Origin: a virus
Taxonomy: Duplodnaviria > Caudoviricetes
Length of the DNA: 64,000 nucleotides
Reading direction: 5' to 3' (one strand)
Virus record (IMG/VR): IMGVR_UViG_3300037067_007090
Location: 23,831 to 87,830 of that record
Within the stretch, counting starts at the first letter, position 1. Each line of letters begins with the position of its first letter. Shown piece after piece: positions 55,081 through 64,000 of the stretch. The translations under genes and the position numbers were made by a program. The notes under the pieces are model-generated. The model was not told where the DNA came from. It made no database searches and saw only the letters and a list, made by a program, of their open reading frames with translations.

Positions 55081-55269
55081 TCAATCTTTCCACCATCCTT
55101 GTTTTCTTCCCAATCTTATTATTTTGGCGGGGTTATTTTTTAAACCTTCAATAATATAATTTCCATCATCCCAACCAAAATAATGCATTCCACCGTGATC
55201 TTTCCACCAACAGTACCACGTGTAGAACACTTCGAATTTATCTATTACTATTATTTCTGGTTCCATCAC
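55081..55269 (-). CDS. hypothetical protein
   Basis: 62-aa ORF in operon. Confidence 0.5.
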   Translation of the reverse strand: MMEPEIIVIDKFEVFYTWYCWWKDHGGMHYFGWDDGNYIIEGLKNNPAKIIRLGRKQGWWKD

Positions 55270-55448
55270 ACATTATCACCTTCCAAAGATTTGAATAAGA
55301 ATGAACCCATTACATATACAACGAAATAAATAACATCAATTATAAATAATGGAATTAACATGGTTGTAACCATATTATTATCCGGATTTAATACTGCTAG
55401 AGGGATGAGTATTAAATTAACAAAAATTAGTATCAATTCATCAATCAT
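55266..55448 (-). CDS. small membrane protein
   Basis: two TM segments; ATGA overlap. Confidence 0.55.
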   Translation of the reverse strand: MIDELILIFVNLILIPLAVLNPDNNMVTTMLIPLFIIDVIYFVVYVMGSFLFKSLEGDNV

Positions 55449-55960
55449 GCAAATACCGCCGTTAAAATAACCGCTGCTGCAATCGGAAGCATCCACGGGG
55501 AACCGCGTGGGTAATTATTAAACTTATTCCATAAATTTAAATTTTTGTTTCCTGCACGTCGGTTATAAAAATAAACACATATCATCCATATGATAGAAGT
55601 AAATGCCAGCATTATAATAAATATAATTTGAAAGATGTTACTACTATCAGCAGGGTTTAATGGATTTAAAATACAGAACCATGAAATCAATATCAGAAAT
55701 CGCGCATCTGCTCCGCGATAACAATTTTTGGTAAATAAAAATATAAATAGTGCGGTCATCAAACACGACAATGCGATATAAGCAAATGGTAATCCGTTAG
55801 TATAAAGGAGTAATAAAGCCGGAACATTAACTATTATGAGTGGAATGAAAGACCATTTTGGTATTGAGCGGTTTTTTATATCCCAGTAACAAAGTGGGAT
55901 TAAATAAAGGAGTGTAGAAATTACTCCGACATAAGCAGCCGTGTGGATGTAGTCAATCAT
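55445..55960 (-). CDS. A24 prepilin/preflagellin peptidase-like membrane protease
   Basis: first Asp motif WDIKNRSIP, second GADAR, C-terminal PWMLPI; about five TM segments. Confidence 0.8.
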   Translation of the reverse strand: MIDYIHTAAYVGVISTLLYLIPLCYWDIKNRSIPKWSFIPLIIVNVPALLLLYTNGLPFAYIALSCLMTALFIFLFTKNCYRGADARFLILISWFCILNPLNPADSSNIFQIIFIIMLAFTSIIWMICVYFYNRRAGNKNLNLWNKFNNYPRGSPWMLPIAAAVILTAVFA

Positions 55961-57576
55961 TTCAATTCCTTTCTACGTAGATATATAGAAATTAAATACC
56001 AGACCACACCAATAATTATTGCTCCTATTATTATTCGCGTTGCCCACTTCTTTATATTTTCATCAGCAATTATTTTTTGTTGAGTCTTTATTTGTTCATC
56101 GGAAGGCGTAACTTTTACAGTAACTATTTGTGTTGGTCCGGGCACCGTGACTGTTACATTTTGAATGATTGGTGTTGGCGTTGGAATAAATTCTTCCGGT
56201 CCATATTCTCCCGATATATAACGTATTGTTTTTGGTGGAATATATGCATCTAATGGAGCGGAATATATTACGAATGTATATACTGTTCCGCCAGTAGATA
56301 GATTTGTATAAGCGGTTACTGTATGATCTCCCAGCCACATATTATATTTATAGACTGGAATTGTAACATCAAACCATCTCATATCTCCCGGGTTGTTACT
56401 TCCTGCTGTAACGGCAATTGTTGTATGTGACTCCAGTGTTTTGGAATCCTGTTGCTGTTCATCAATGATGAATTTTAATGGCGAACCTATTGCAACATTG
56501 GTGTATCCTTTTACTTGGATGTAACTAACGTTGGTATTATATTCAACTACACCTGCTTGATTTATAGTTTCATTCGGAGTAAGTTTTTCCGACACGCTTT
56601 GAATTTCGATTGTTGGCAATTGATATTCCATTGAATATGTTTTAAATGTATCCATTGTTTCCGGGGTTATTTGCCAGAATTTTTCGAGAATAACTTTTGG
56701 AGATAAACCATTTATGTCTAATGATTTGATACTAAACGATGGAAGATCAAACCATTTTATTTCTTTTTCTGTATTATCATATATAACAGTAAAGAATTTA
56801 CTGTTTCGTTCGTTTATTGTTTGTAACATTACGGTATATGTGCCGGGTTCAAATCCTGTTAGAACGTCTTTTGATATATCAATTAAAGTTGAATTTGTTG
56901 ATTTAAAATCAAGTAGTTTATCAACTCTACCGAATAACCAAATGTTTGTTGTAGCATTTGTTTTTACCACGAATGGATCTCCACGAGCAACCAAATAATC
57001 AGATATATGTTTGATTTCAACCGGCGGAGATATTGGTATTTCAATATCTGTATAATTATTTATAATCAATTCGGAAATGTTAACAATAGTTCCATTACTA
57101 TACGTCATTGTGCTATTTCTGTAAGATTGTGGATATACTACAAATGCAATGTTGTTTCCGTGCGTTTCATATGTTCCATCATATTTATACCATTTCCCCG
57201 TGCGTGTTTCAAAAATTGACGGATCTATATAAAAATGATAGTAACCTGCTTTCGCATGTGGTAAGGTTATAATATATGATGCACTTGTGTTATACATATC
57301 TCGCCCGTTCCAGTATGCTAGTTGTGGGTATGGAGCAACAACACCTGATATATCAATAGTATCGTTGATATATACTATTTCGCCTTGTGAAATATAATGC
57401 GTCGGTATAACAATAGGTTCCGGTGTGGATGTGGGAATAGGTGTTGGTGTTGGGATATAACCCGTTTGCATTGTAGTTGGTATTGATGTAGGTATAGGAG
57501 TAATTATTGTAACATTATCCGCTAAAGCAGGAGTAATGATTAGGGCAAATAGTAAAATAATGTATAAATGTCTCAT
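55957..57576 (-). CDS. secreted cell-surface protein, C-terminally anchored (DUF3821-like N-domain)
   Basis: signal peptide, PT-rich linkers, SQGEIVYINDTIDISG motif, C-terminal TM + RRK. Confidence 0.7.
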   Translation of the reverse strand: MRHLYIILLFALIITPALADNVTIITPIPTSIPTTMQTGYIPTPTPIPTSTPEPIVIPTHYISQGEIVYINDTIDISGVVAPYPQLAYWNGRDMYNTSASYIITLPHAKAGYYHFYIDPSIFETRTGKWYKYDGTYETHGNNIAFVVYPQSYRNSTMTYSNGTIVNISELIINNYTDIEIPISPPVEIKHISDYLVARGDPFVVKTNATTNIWLFGRVDKLLDFKSTNSTLIDISKDVLTGFEPGTYTVMLQTINERNSKFFTVIYDNTEKEIKWFDLPSFSIKSLDINGLSPKVILEKFWQITPETMDTFKTYSMEYQLPTIEIQSVSEKLTPNETINQAGVVEYNTNVSYIQVKGYTNVAIGSPLKFIIDEQQQDSKTLESHTTIAVTAGSNNPGDMRWFDVTIPVYKYNMWLGDHTVTAYTNLSTGGTVYTFVIYSAPLDAYIPPKTIRYISGEYGPEEFIPTPTPIIQNVTVTVPGPTQIVTVKVTPSDEQIKTQQKIIADENIKKWATRIIIGAIIIGVVWYLISIYLRRKELK

Positions 57577-57800
57577 TGTTTTTTTGCCCCGGTTTTCATT
57601 GCTTTATACAAAGGCGGCAGCGCAAGAATAACGACAACCATTAAGATGAAACATACAGTGGCACTTTGCCATGCGAAGGTGAAACGTTGTTCTTGTGAGA
57701 TTGTGATGTAGGGAAGCATACTATAGTAGGCTGTGAAAAGTAAGCTCCAAATAATACCGCCTGTTATTCCAAGTTTAAGCGAGAGTTTTATGCGCGTCAT
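57573..57800 (-). CDS. membrane protein
   Basis: two TM segments; start overlaps the upstream TGA. Confidence 0.55.
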   Translation of the reverse strand: MTRIKLSLKLGITGGIIWSLLFTAYYSMLPYITISQEQRFTFAWQSATVCFILMVVVILALPPLYKAMKTGAKKQ

Positions 57801-57949
57801 GGTTGTTTCTCTCCATTTTTCCAACGACGAGATTGACAATCTGGGCAGGCGACCGGTATTCGTTTGGATCTAGGGTGCCATGCCCAGTGGCACTTTAGGC
57901 ACCAGTAAAATCCTTCTGGTATTAAATCTTTTTCATGAATTCTAGGCAT
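57797..57949 (-). CDS. small zinc-ribbon protein (50 aa)
   Basis: CLKCHWAWHPRSKRIPVACPDCQSRRW; own TATA upstream; below the ORF-track cutoff. Confidence 0.7.
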   Translation of the reverse strand: MPRIHEKDLIPEGFYWCLKCHWAWHPRSKRIPVACPDCQSRRWKNGEKQP

Positions 57950-58105
57950 ACTAATAATAATGTTAATACTAATAAGTATTTATACTTTTCGTCTAGTTAT
58001 TGTTTTAGTATTTGAATGTTGTTATAGAACGTATATATAAAGAAATCTTATCGTTAACGTCGGAGAGTAATAGAAAGATTTAAATATTAGTAATGTCTAT
58101 AAACA

Positions 58106-58288
58106 ATGAAGACTATGACTAAAAAGAATACACAAGGGAAAAAGAAGCATATGATACGTACTTGGTTTGATGTTGATTTTTTAGAACATTTAGATCGAGT
58201 CGGTGAAATACGTATTGCATCGGATGGTCGTGTTTATGGGTTTGAGGCGTTTGTTAAACGTATGGCACGAAGGGGGAGAGTAATATGA
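58106..58288 (+). CDS. small basic hypothetical protein
   Basis: BRE/TATA AGAAAGATTTAAATA upstream; overlaps the start of the PKD gene. Confidence 0.5.
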   Translation: MKTMTKKNTQGKKKHMIRTWFDVDFLEHLDRVGEIRIASDGRVYGFEAFVKRMARRGRVI

Positions 58289-61200
58289 AGTGGAGAAATA
58301 TTTTAATTGTTTTATTGATTTGTTTATTGATGGGTGTAGTAGGTGCCGTTGATTTAAACGAGGGTGTTACATCTGCATCTGGAACGGAAGTAAATTTAAC
58401 AAACGGTGCTGTAACATTCGCTGACAATACAAATGGACTATCTGTTGCAACATCTACTACGATTGATAATACAACGTTTATTCCAGCCGTTACAAAAACA
58501 GATAATGGTAATCTTACATGGACATCCGGTGAAAAAGACTGGCTTGTTATAGACAATCCAATTGTATCAATGTCATATCGTTATACCGGAAAATCTTTAA
58601 AAGAAACCATTATCTTAAAAGAAGATAAGCAACTGTCTTTCCCAATTAATTTAGATAACGATTCTAAAATCATTCCTTGGGATCATGGGCAATGGAAGAT
58701 AGTTTCTGCCACTTCCGGTAATACAATGGTTGGCATCATTGCCGAGAAACCATTTGGTATAGATGCTGCCGGTAATCACATCGATATGGAATATACGTGG
58801 GATGGTTCTGCACTCAATTTAGATTATAACAGGACGTTGCAGATATTCAATTCTACACTTACAGATATAAAAAATGAAACGGATGTCAGTGGGGTAACAA
58901 TCCCATATTACGATTATATTCCAATTTCATATCCTCTAATTATAGATCCTACATGGACTGATACTGGAAGTCCTTATACACTTACGGATGGTGCTTACAC
59001 CGTTTTAATGTGGAATACCACTGGTACAACCACATGGACTGTGCCAACTGGTGTAAGTAATGTAGAGTATCTTGTTGTTGCAGGCGGCGGATCTGGTGGA
59101 TTAAATGGTGGTGCCGGTGGAGGAGCCGGGGGATTCCGCAACAATACATCATATTCGGTTACATCGGGAAATAGTCTTGCTGTTATTGTAGGTGCTGGTG
59201 GTGCTACTAAAATTACCAATGGGGTGGGAAATATTGGTGGAAATTCCACGTTCGATACCATCATATCAAACGGCGGTGGCGGTGGTGGATGTGCAGTTTC
59301 GTCTGCCGGAGGTAATGGAGGATCTGGTGGGGGGGCAACAGCCGGGCAAACAAATCATGGATATGGGAACACTCCTCCAGCATCCCCTTCGCAGGGAAAT
59401 GATGGTGGAGACGCAGATTTGGGGGTGGGGGACGCAAGACCAACAGGCGGTGGTGGAGGTGCTGGCGCAGCGGGTTCTCATGGTTATGCTGCGACTGGTG
59501 CAGGCGCTGGTGGTGCTGGGGTATCCTCATCTATTACTGGCAACTTGACATATTACGCCGGTGGTGGTGGCGGCGGAGCGTCAGCCGCATGGACTGGTGC
59601 TATCAGAGGAGACGGTGGTATAGGTGGCGGAGGATACGGCAGTGTTGGAGCGAACAATGCCGCTCCGGGAACAGATGGATTCGGAGGCGGTGGTGGAGGG
59701 TGCTATGATACAGGGAGTGGTGGTGCGGGTGGTTCGGGTGTCGTTATTATTAGATATCTTACCCCAACACCTCCGGTTTCATCATTCACACCAAGTAACA
59801 CAATCACGGGAACTAACACCGTAACACAATTGTTCAATGATACATCTTCCGGTTCACCTACAACTTGGAACTGGTCGTATCAGGGAATATCCGGCGGAAA
59901 CAATACGCAAACCATCTGGTCAACTGTACAAAATACAACTGGTATATTCAACGCTGGCAACTACAGTATTAAATTGAATACAACCAATGCAAATGGTTAC
60001 AATCTCTCTACGCAGGTTACATGGGTGAATGTTACATCAATAACTGATCCAAACCCGGATTCATTACTTCAATATAAAGTAGGATCTTCAAACGTTCAAA
60101 TAAATAATCAAACCCCATATGTTGGTACGGCCATCGCTAGAAATATTTCTTCAAATACAACCCATGTAGTTGTTAATTTCACGTGGGATACATCTCACGT
60201 TTCGGTTAATAACATTCGCATTAATGAATCTTCTGCTAATATACCGGGACTTTCTATAGATTCTTCGTCCGTTCATAACGGATATGCAATTGTTAATATG
60301 TCAAAGACATCTGGATTTACTGCTCCATCGAACGCATTATTTGATTTTGATATCACGTATACAAAATATGCCGAACCGGGAACCGTTGACGTATTTTCGT
60401 TTAATAAAACCAATAGTTATTATTATGACATTGGAAACTCCACATGGTGGAATTTTAATCAGGCAAATTCGGCAAATGCGATAATCGGAACATGGCCGAA
60501 TGTTAATGCCGATTTTACAGCAAATGCTACATCATTATATATTAACAACCCGGTTTTGTTTACTGATAATAGTAGTGGGTATCCTGACGCATGGAATTGG
60601 AGTTTTGGCGATGGAAACTATTCGGTAGCGCAAAATCCGGTTTATACATATGTAACTTCTGGGTATAAAAATGTTTCACTTCATGCATATATGTCTGAAA
60701 ATGGAACTATAACTAATACTACTACGAAGACAGATTACATTAATGTGGTAACACCATTGTTTCCCATTGCTAATTTTACATATACTCCAGTAACTGGTAT
60801 AGTACCGGTTACAGTTAATTTCACTGACACTTCGATAAATGCGAACTCTTACTATTGGGAGTTTGGTGATGGTAATACATCTACCGTGCAATCCCCATTG
60901 TTTACTTATAATATTCCGGGGCAATATTTCGTTAAACATTCTGCGAGTAATAGTAATGGAACAAGTTGGTTTAATTCGACTTACAATTATGTTTATGTAT
61001 TCCATACACCAGCGGAATCAAGTTTTACCAATGGCACTACGCCACTACAGGGACTTGCACCATTAACGGTACAATTTATTGATACATCAACCAGTGATCC
61101 CGCATATTGGCTCTGGCATTTCGGAGATAGTAATAATGGAACTTATTGGGATACAAATGTACAAAATCCAATACATACTTATACATCTACTGGAACTTAT

Positions 61201-63987
61201 GATGTAACATTATATGCACAAAACGACGGGGGTGGGCATACTATGACTTATAGTGCTTATGTCACAGTATACCCCTCACCCCCAGTCACTAGTTTCACTG
61301 CAAATCAAACTACGGGCGCAACTCCTCTAACCGTGCAGTTCACAGATACTTCAACAAATTATCCTACTTTGTGGAATTGGACTGCTACAAATATAGCGGA
61401 AAACAATACGCCCATTTCATTTAGCACATTACAAAACCCTACGTTTACTTTTAACTATGGAAACAATTCAATAAAACTTAATGCAACAAATAGTCTTGGA
61501 AGTAATATTTCTTCACAAACAACATGGGTTAATGTGACAACACCAGCGCCGGTTGCGTCGTTTATTCCTACTTCTTCTAATGGCAATACTCCATTTACAG
61601 TACAATTTACTGACACGTCAACTAATTATCCAACTTCGTGGTTATGGGACTTTGGAGACGGAAACACTACAAATTCTACGGTGAGAAACCCCGTGCACAC
61701 TTATTGGCATTATGGACAATATGATACACATTTAAATGTTACAAATCCATATGGGAATAGTTCGACACTTGGAGTATATAATAATGGGGTTTTGGTTATC
61801 GATATAGCTCCGGTTGCTGATTTCTATGCTTATCCGTTAGTAGCATATACTAATTATCCGATACAGTTCACTGATAACTCTACTAATAATCCCACCTCTT
61901 GGGGATGGACATTTGGCGATGGTACCAGTCTCGATGGAACAAATTCTACAGATCAGAATCCTACGCATTCATATATTTCCCCCGGATTATATACTGTATT
62001 TCATTATGCTAGCAACAATTGGGTGGGAACTATAAATAAAATTAATTATATCAATATAACTGCAACACCACCTGCGCCAGTTGCATCTTTCACGGGAACA
62101 CCAACGAGTGGTTATATGCCTCTAGCAGTTCAATTTACCGATACATCACAAAATTACCCTACAACATGGAATTGGTCATTCGGTGACAGCGGAACCTCCA
62201 CCAGCCAGAACCCGACGCATACCTATACAACTGCCGGTACGTATTCGATACGGTTAAATGTTACAAACAATTGGGGGAATAGTTCAATAACGATGTCAAA
62301 TTATGTTTCGGTGACAGTCCCTCCATCTCCGGTATTATCATTTATTGGTTCACCAACAAGTGGTGATGCCCCATTAACCGTGCAGTTTACCGATACATCT
62401 ACAAATTCGCCTACTTATTGGTGGTGGAATTTTGTTGGCGGGGGAACACCACAGTCGTTATTGCAAAATCCATCATATACATATACAATACCGGGTGTTT
62501 ATAGTGTAACTATGTATGCTCAGAATCTTGGAGGTGCGAACACTATAACAAAAACATCATATATCACAGTAACAACCCCATCACCACCCATTACCAACTT
62601 CACATACACCCCTCATAGTGGCTTCATCCCATTAACAGTTCATTTCACTGACACAACAACAGGATCGGTTGCTTCACGGTTATGGCAGTTTGGTGACGGC
62701 GGCACATCCACTTCGCAAAACCCATCACACACTTTCTCAACTGCCGGAAATTATACGGTGAATTTAACATCTACCAATATAATTGGATCTAGTTCAAAAA
62801 TATATTATGTAAATGCTACAACACCACAACCTCCCACAGCATCGTTTACCGGAACGCCAACAAGTGGGTTTACCCCGTTGTCTGTACAGTTTACCGACAC
62901 GTCTATAAATTCCCCCTCTTCGTGGTCGTGGACGTTCGGAGATGGCAGTACGTCTACGTTACAAAATCCATCTCACACTTACAGTAGTTATGGTGTGTAT
63001 ACAGTTATATTGACAGCAACAAATTCTTATGGGTCGGATACTAAAACATCGAGTAATTATATAACTGCTTCGGCAACACGCGGGCGTGCAGATTTGATTC
63101 TGACATATAAATATTCTGTGGTATTATATGTTAAAGATTCTTCGTCTGGAAATCTAATAACTAATAATGCTTCGGTTGTTGATGATAATGGTTCTGTCAT
63201 TAGATCCGCGAGTGGAATATTCTCGGGAACATATGCTGCCGGGCAGCATTCGTTTACGGTTACGGCAAATAGTTATGATACTAACTATGTAACATATTTC
63301 GTAAATACAAATCTCACAGAAAATATATTTATGACGAAGATAGTATCATCGGTTTCTACCACTTGGTACACTCCGAAAACAGCACTATTTAAAATCGTGG
63401 ATATATATGGAAATCCGCTCATTGGAGCGAATGTAAGTGCTCGTTTCAATTCTACTACTTTGCCGTATGGAGTTAGTGATTTAATTTCCAATTATGGGAT
63501 GAATGTTGCAGATGCAAATCAGGCTCTTAATGGAACATTGATAATGTCTGGTTCTACTGATAATATGGGAGCAGTCGTGTTTACAATGTTAAGCACTTTA
63601 AAATACGACATTGTAATAACGTATGGTGGTCATTCTAATTATTATCAGGTGTATCCACAGGAAGCAGAATATCAGTTCCGGTTCATTACAATATCTACTA
63701 CGACTGATAATATATGGGATGACTTGTATGCAAATGGAAATACCAAAGTCTGGGCGGTTGAACCAGATCCGGCTAATGTAACATTCTTCTGGTCGTTCCA
63801 AGATATGACGGACTTGACAACACAGATAGATTTCTATTTGAAAGATGTAGATTTGAATACCACTGTTTATACCACGAGTATGTATTCCCCGGTTGCAGGT
63901 TCTATCTATCAGTTGAATTACACGGTGCCAAATGAACGTGGTAAGAATTATATGGCGTGGGAAAATTACACACGGGGTGTTGCATAA
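58285..63987 (+). CDS. giant secreted adhesin/surface protein with glycine-rich domain and ~11 PKD repeats
   Basis: signal peptide MKWRNILIVLLICLLMGVVGA; EYLVVAGGGSGG...GGSGVVIIRY Gly-rich domain; repeated P(V/T)ASF...VQFTDTS...W.W.FGDG...NP.HTY units; abundant N-x-S/T sequons. Confidence 0.9.
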   Translation: MKWRNILIVLLICLLMGVVGAVDLNEGVTSASGTEVNLTNGAVTFADNTNGLSVATSTTIDNTTFIPAVTKTDNGNLTWTSGEKDWLVIDNPIVSMSYRYTGKSLKETIILKEDKQLSFPINLDNDSKIIPWDHGQWKIVSATSGNTMVGIIAEKPFGIDAAGNHIDMEYTWDGSALNLDYNRTLQIFNSTLTDIKNETDVSGVTIPYYDYIPISYPLIIDPTWTDTGSPYTLTDGAYTVLMWNTTGTTTWTVPTGVSNVEYLVVAGGGSGGLNGGAGGGAGGFRNNTSYSVTSGNSLAVIVGAGGATKITNGVGNIGGNSTFDTIISNGGGGGGCAVSSAGGNGGSGGGATAGQTNHGYGNTPPASPSQGNDGGDADLGVGDARPTGGGGGAGAAGSHGYAATGAGAGGAGVSSSITGNLTYYAGGGGGGASAAWTGAIRGDGGIGGGGYGSVGANNAAPGTDGFGGGGGGCYDTGSGGAGGSGVVIIRYLTPTPPVSSFTPSNTITGTNTVTQLFNDTSSGSPTTWNWSYQGISGGNNTQTIWSTVQNTTGIFNAGNYSIKLNTTNANGYNLSTQVTWVNVTSITDPNPDSLLQYKVGSSNVQINNQTPYVGTAIARNISSNTTHVVVNFTWDTSHVSVNNIRINESSANIPGLSIDSSSVHNGYAIVNMSKTSGFTAPSNALFDFDITYTKYAEPGTVDVFSFNKTNSYYYDIGNSTWWNFNQANSANAIIGTWPNVNADFTANATSLYINNPVLFTDNSSGYPDAWNWSFGDGNYSVAQNPVYTYVTSGYKNVSLHAYMSENGTITNTTTKTDYINVVTPLFPIANFTYTPVTGIVPVTVNFTDTSINANSYYWEFGDGNTSTVQSPLFTYNIPGQYFVKHSASNSNGTSWFNSTYNYVYVFHTPAESSFTNGTTPLQGLAPLTVQFIDTSTSDPAYWLWHFGDSNNGTYWDTNVQNPIHTYTSTGTYDVTLYAQNDGGGHTMTYSAYVTVYPSPPVTSFTANQTTGATPLTVQFTDTSTNYPTLWNWTATNIAENNTPISFSTLQNPTFTFNYGNNSIKLNATNSLGSNISSQTTWVNVTTPAPVASFIPTSSNGNTPFTVQFTDTSTNYPTSWLWDFGDGNTTNSTVRNPVHTYWHYGQYDTHLNVTNPYGNSSTLGVYNNGVLVIDIAPVADFYAYPLVAYTNYPIQFTDNSTNNPTSWGWTFGDGTSLDGTNSTDQNPTHSYISPGLYTVFHYASNNWVGTINKINYINITATPPAPVASFTGTPTSGYMPLAVQFTDTSQNYPTTWNWSFGDSGTSTSQNPTHTYTTAGTYSIRLNVTNNWGNSSITMSNYVSVTVPPSPVLSFIGSPTSGDAPLTVQFTDTSTNSPTYWWWNFVGGGTPQSLLQNPSYTYTIPGVYSVTMYAQNLGGANTITKTSYITVTTPSPPITNFTYTPHSGFIPLTVHFTDTTTGSVASRLWQFGDGGTSTSQNPSHTFSTAGNYTVNLTSTNIIGSSSKIYYVNATTPQPPTASFTGTPTSGFTPLSVQFTDTSINSPSSWSWTFGDGSTSTLQNPSHTYSSYGVYTVILTATNSYGSDTKTSSNYITASATRGRADLILTYKYSVVLYVKDSSSGNLITNNASVVDDNGSVIRSASGIFSGTYAAGQHSFTVTANSYDTNYVTYFVNTNLTENIFMTKIVSSVSTTWYTPKTALFKIVDIYGNPLIGANVSARFNSTTLPYGVSDLISNYGMNVADANQALNGTLIMSGSTDNMGAVVFTMLSTLKYDIVITYGGHSNYYQVYPQEAEYQFRFITISTTTDNIWDDLYANGNTKVWAVEPDPANVTFFWSFQDMTDLTTQIDFYLKDVDLNTTVYTTSMYSPVAGSIYQLNYTVPNERGKNYMAWENYTRGVA

Positions 63988-64000
63988 TGATTTCTATACG

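Noticed and set aside
57840-57950. GC-rich hairpins as a riboswitch or leader RNA
   Set aside because: The segment is the coding sequence of a 50-aa zinc-ribbon protein on the minus strand (57797-57949).
59080-59740. GGT/GGC-rich repeats as a third pentamer array
   Set aside because: Period is 3 and in frame; they are Gly codons of the glycine-rich domain.
177-63987. A RAMP/Cas7-like partner protein, capsid, terminase, portal or integrase
   Set aside because: No ORF shows recognisable motifs for these. Absence here does not exclude them elsewhere in the genome or as highly diverged hypothetical ORFs.

Overview
AT-rich (roughly one-third GC by eye), densely coded segment that looks like part of a large archaeal virus or extrachromosomal element, probably of a Methanomicrobiales methanogen. 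Support: TATA/BRE promoters, GGAG/GGTGA ribosome-binding sites, archaeal-type tRNAs without encoded CCA, and Methanomicrobiales-style surface proteins. No capsid, terminase, portal or integrase is recognisable in this window. Contents: (i) a DNA methyltransferase plus glycosyltransferase / radical-SAM cluster (2-12.4 kb) with an HNH intein inserted in the Fe-S motif; (ii) a leftward phage-type recombination/replication operon (VRR-NUC, SF2 helicase, HNH, Cas4-like exonuclease, DUF669 SSB, AAA_24) and a DUF262-HNH / EcoRI-type methylase pair; (iii) a Cro-like HTH, a primase-helicase and a likely iteron origin (31.4-31.7 kb); (iv) accessory and secreted genes; (v) a complete-looking WbpABED + AsnB-like diacetamido-uronate pathway; (vi) four tRNAs, three with unusual decoding or identity features, and at least six tRNA-like elements that keep the acceptor stem and T-arm but not a normal anticodon arm; (vii) a solo TnpB with a right end; (viii) an A24 peptidase and a 1900-aa secreted PKD protein. 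The most striking non-genic signals are two stand-alone, promoter-driven hairpin + pentamer arrays (TGT-NN x18 and GGY-NN x16) that look like gapped-code guide RNAs, and the family of tRNA-mimic ncRNAs. All family calls come from motif recognition only; no searches were run.
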